Source of the DNA: Prorocentrum cordatum | Lineage: Eukaryota | Assembly: GCA_963575745.1 (NCBI GenBank) | Contig: CAUYUJ010000001.1 | Location: 1,984,001-2,048,000 of the forward strand | DNA: 64,000 nt | Reading direction: 5' to 3' | Shown here: positions 61,529-64,000 of the stretch, piece after piece | How positions within the stretch are numbered: the first letter of the stretch is position 1 | Layout: each line of letters starts with the position of its first letter | The notes under the pieces: generated by a model | Seen by the model: the letters and a program-made list of their open reading frames with translations, nothing else | Databases searched by the model: none | Told to the model about the DNA's origin: nothing | Position numbers and translations under genes: made by a program

Positions 61529-63958
61529 TTGAAGATGCCCCTTCTATCCTTTACTCCAGATCCCATGCTTCGTCTCGCTCTCTTGCTCATGCGATATGAG
61601 CCAAAGCCTGGGATAGGGGAACGCCTAAGGCGCAACACATACCTAAGCTTACCAGTGCGTTTTCGACTTGGTAGCGGAGCTGGCTACACTCTCGTGTGGC
61701 TGGCTCTCGCTCTGATTCCTGTAATCCACGGCACAACTTGGTGGACTACTACTACGGTGGAATACCATGTTGCGCCGGCTCTGCGAGGAGCGGAGCCAGT
61801 CCGCGATCGAGCTAGCGGGGCAACCCGCGAGCTCGAGACGCTCTCTCCTACTTCACTGCGCTACTTCACTCTCGACTTCCACCAGATGCCAATCGGCAAC
61901 TCGATCGAGAACGTGGTCACCCTGCGGGGCTACCCGCAGCGGGGCCACCTGCATCCCGTGCCAGTCAGGCGCCTCACGGCTACTACGCCAGAGCCTGACA
62001 AACCACAGCCTAAACCAATCACCGAAGCCGAAATGCACATGCACTGGATTAAGATAACTATCTTCGGCATTCTATGGGTAATAATGGGATGTGCTGTGGG
62101 ATACATGCGGCAGGGGATGGACGACACGCGTACTACCGGCCCTTCGTGGGACCCTGCCGGTACTACGCCTTTTCGCGAATACGTTCGCGAAGTACATGCA
62201 TGGATAAACGTAACGAGCGGCAATATGACGCCACCTCAACAAGCTGCAGCACTACAACGAGGCCTTCAAGGTCTTGCTCGTCGTATCGCCATGCAGGTCC
62301 CCTCCCAGATCATCAACTATGGTGTAACTGTCAACGGACAGCCAACGGATGCAGTTACTTATATACTGTACCTATTGAGCACCAAATTTGAAAATCTGGA
62401 AGATGAGCGCCAGCTCAACTCTGGCACTGCCCTTATCGACTTTCGCGTCGAAAGGGGCGAGCGAATCGACTCAGTGTTAGCTCGATTCGAGATGGCCCGT
62501 GACGAGGCTAACTCTGTTGGCTTTGTCATCCCCAACTTTCAGATCCTAACGCTGATCCTTTTCAGAGCGTTAGGCGTTGGCGCGTCACGAGCCCAACACC
62601 TGCTGGAGCCCTTTAATCATCAGATGCCCAGAACACAAGCAGACTATGACAGGCTGCTGACCAGGATGAGGAACTACGGACATGTTGCCGAGCGCTCTCC
62701 TGGCAACATTGCGGGTATCTTCACAGGGCACCACTCACATGCAGGTGTCTACGCCACGACTGCGGGGTCACCCGCTGGTCCTGGCGAGCCAAGTCCCTGG
62801 GCTGACCCAGCCGATATGCCCAACGAGGCCACTGCCTTCTTAGGGCAGACCGGCCAGGCATCGGCAGAGGCAGCTGAGGCGAACGCCTGGTCGAACTACT
62901 CGCCAGGCGCCGCCTACACTGCAAGCCCGCCCTCGGGCACAACCCTCTGGGGCCAAGCGGAGTCATCCGCTCAAGGGTCTCAGCCACCCTCACCGTTTGA
63001 ATCTGGCACTGACACAGATACCTCATCTGACGATGAGCACAATGGCATAGTCTCTGCTGGTAATGACTATCCAGCGGATGACACTCACCTTTCTGAACAA
63101 CAAAGAGCGGAAGCCGCTTTTATGGCTTATCGCAAATCAAAACGCCGTTGGAGGCGCTTTATGAAGAAACCAGTCAGAAAAGTGAGACGTGCAGTACGCC
63201 GACATTTCAAACGATATGGAAAGGGTCGTGGCAAAGGGGGTCGCAGACGCCGCATGCACGGTAGGGGTATTACTGCTTTCCTCACGTCCTTAACTGATAT
63301 AGTTTTTGAAGAAGTTCTTATCGGAGGCAAAGGTCGGGGTCGCAGGCGGACCTCTGATAAGGGAAAAGGGCGCAGGGGCAACCCTAGGGACGCTTCTGGC
63401 AATACTATGAAGTGTCATACATGCGGTAGCACAGAGCATTTGCGCGATCAATGCCCAAAAGGGAAAGGAAAGGGATCCGCACATTTGGCTCAAAACTCTT
63501 TTATGGATGACATAGACTACATTGACTACGAGTTTTACGTCAATCCAGAAGCGGCTCCCGCCGCGGGCTCCTCCACGTATTACGTGATGGCCCGCTACGC
63601 TGAAGTGACCGTAGCCCTGGAAGAGTACGCGGTGACCCTCTTCGACGAGTTCCACGGCTGGGACGAAGTCGACGAGGTCGCGTTCAATGCCTGGTTCGGT
63701 CTTCCAGCGGGGCCACCCGCCGACGACGAGATCTCCGATGCTGAGACCGTCCCGGCGACCGAGGAGGAGCTCGCCGCCGCGCTGGCACCGCAGGTGTTTG
63801 GCATGCCGTTGCTGCCAGATCTTCCGCGAGCTGGCTCGGAAGCGGGAGACGCTGATGACGAAATGCGGGGCCATCCCGCTTATTCTGACTCTGAAGAGCC
63901 GAAGAGGACCATAAGGACATGCTCCAAGAGCAGGTCGCAGAAGCAATCCAGCTCCTGA
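61529..63958 (+). CDS. Gag-like polyprotein of an LTR retrotransposon with a CCHC zinc knuckle; element probably continues past the window
   Basis: GPSWDP..PFREYVREVHAW; QAAALQRGLQGLAR; FRVERGERID..LARFE; basic GKGRG tracts; CHTCGSTEHLRDQC at 63413-63454. Confidence 0.8.
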   Translation: MKMPLLSFTPDPMLRLALLLMRYEPKPGIGERLRRNTYLSLPVRFRLGSGAGYTLVWLALALIPVIHGTTWWTTTTVEYHVAPALRGAEPVRDRASGATRELETLSPTSLRYFTLDFHQMPIGNSIENVVTLRGYPQRGHLHPVPVRRLTATTPEPDKPQPKPITEAEMHMHWIKITIFGILWVIMGCAVGYMRQGMDDTRTTGPSWDPAGTTPFREYVREVHAWINVTSGNMTPPQQAAALQRGLQGLARRIAMQVPSQIINYGVTVNGQPTDAVTYILYLLSTKFENLEDERQLNSGTALIDFRVERGERIDSVLARFEMARDEANSVGFVIPNFQILTLILFRALGVGASRAQHLLEPFNHQMPRTQADYDRLLTRMRNYGHVAERSPGNIAGIFTGHHSHAGVYATTAGSPAGPGEPSPWADPADMPNEATAFLGQTGQASAEAAEANAWSNYSPGAAYTASPPSGTTLWGQAESSAQGSQPPSPFESGTDTDTSSDDEHNGIVSAGNDYPADDTHLSEQQRAEAAFMAYRKSKRRWRRFMKKPVRKVRRAVRRHFKRYGKGRGKGGRRRRMHGRGITAFLTSLTDIVFEEVLIGGKGRGRRRTSDKGKGRRGNPRDASGNTMKCHTCGSTEHLRDQCPKGKGKGSAHLAQNSFMDDIDYIDYEFYVNPEAAPAAGSSTYYVMARYAEVTVALEEYAVTLFDEFHGWDEVDEVAFNAWFGLPAGPPADDEISDAETVPATEEELAAALAPQVFGMPLLPDLPRAGSEAGDADDEMRGHPAYSDSEEPKRTIRTCSKSRSQKQSSS

Positions 63959-64000
63959 GTGCGCCAGCACATCAGCAGATAACCATGAACGACCTGCTGT

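Overview
GC-rich eukaryotic genomic DNA, very probably from a dinoflagellate. The evidence is a near-perfect dinoflagellate spliced-leader relic at 59019-59037, the style of the retroelements, and dense microsatellites. Positions 1-21.5 kb are a patchwork of trinucleotide tracts (GTC, GGA, GCC) and short orphan ORFs (Zn-finger/acidic-repeat, Zn-finger/coiled-coil, Trp/Pro-rich). That region also has perfect hairpins, a 100-N gap and a near-identical ~3.9 kb duplication (1-3944 vs 13548-17480). The rest is mostly retrotransposons: (1) a decayed Ty1/copia-type element at 21.7-28.9 kb with order protease-dUTPase-DNMT-like-integrase-RT-RNase H; (2) a 5'-truncated RTE-like LINE at 29.1-30.7 kb; (3) an almost intact DIRS/PAT-type tyrosine-recombinase retrotransposon at 37315-43879, with exact split direct repeats A1...B1-A2-B2, a small Cys-Pro/TM ORF and a C5-methyltransferase-like domain; (4) a decayed minus-strand LINE at 45.1-52.7 kb with a RanBP2-finger ORF1 and an ORF2 ordered RNase H-APE-RT-DNMT; (5) the gag of another LTR element at the right edge. 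The only clear host enzyme gene is an intronless ketopantoate reductase (panE-like, 59132-60289) that looks like a spliced-leader-bearing retrocopy. The main highlight is that three different retrotransposon classes in one window each carry a collinear cytosine-methyltransferase-like domain. All domain calls come from motifs recognised by eye, not from database searches.
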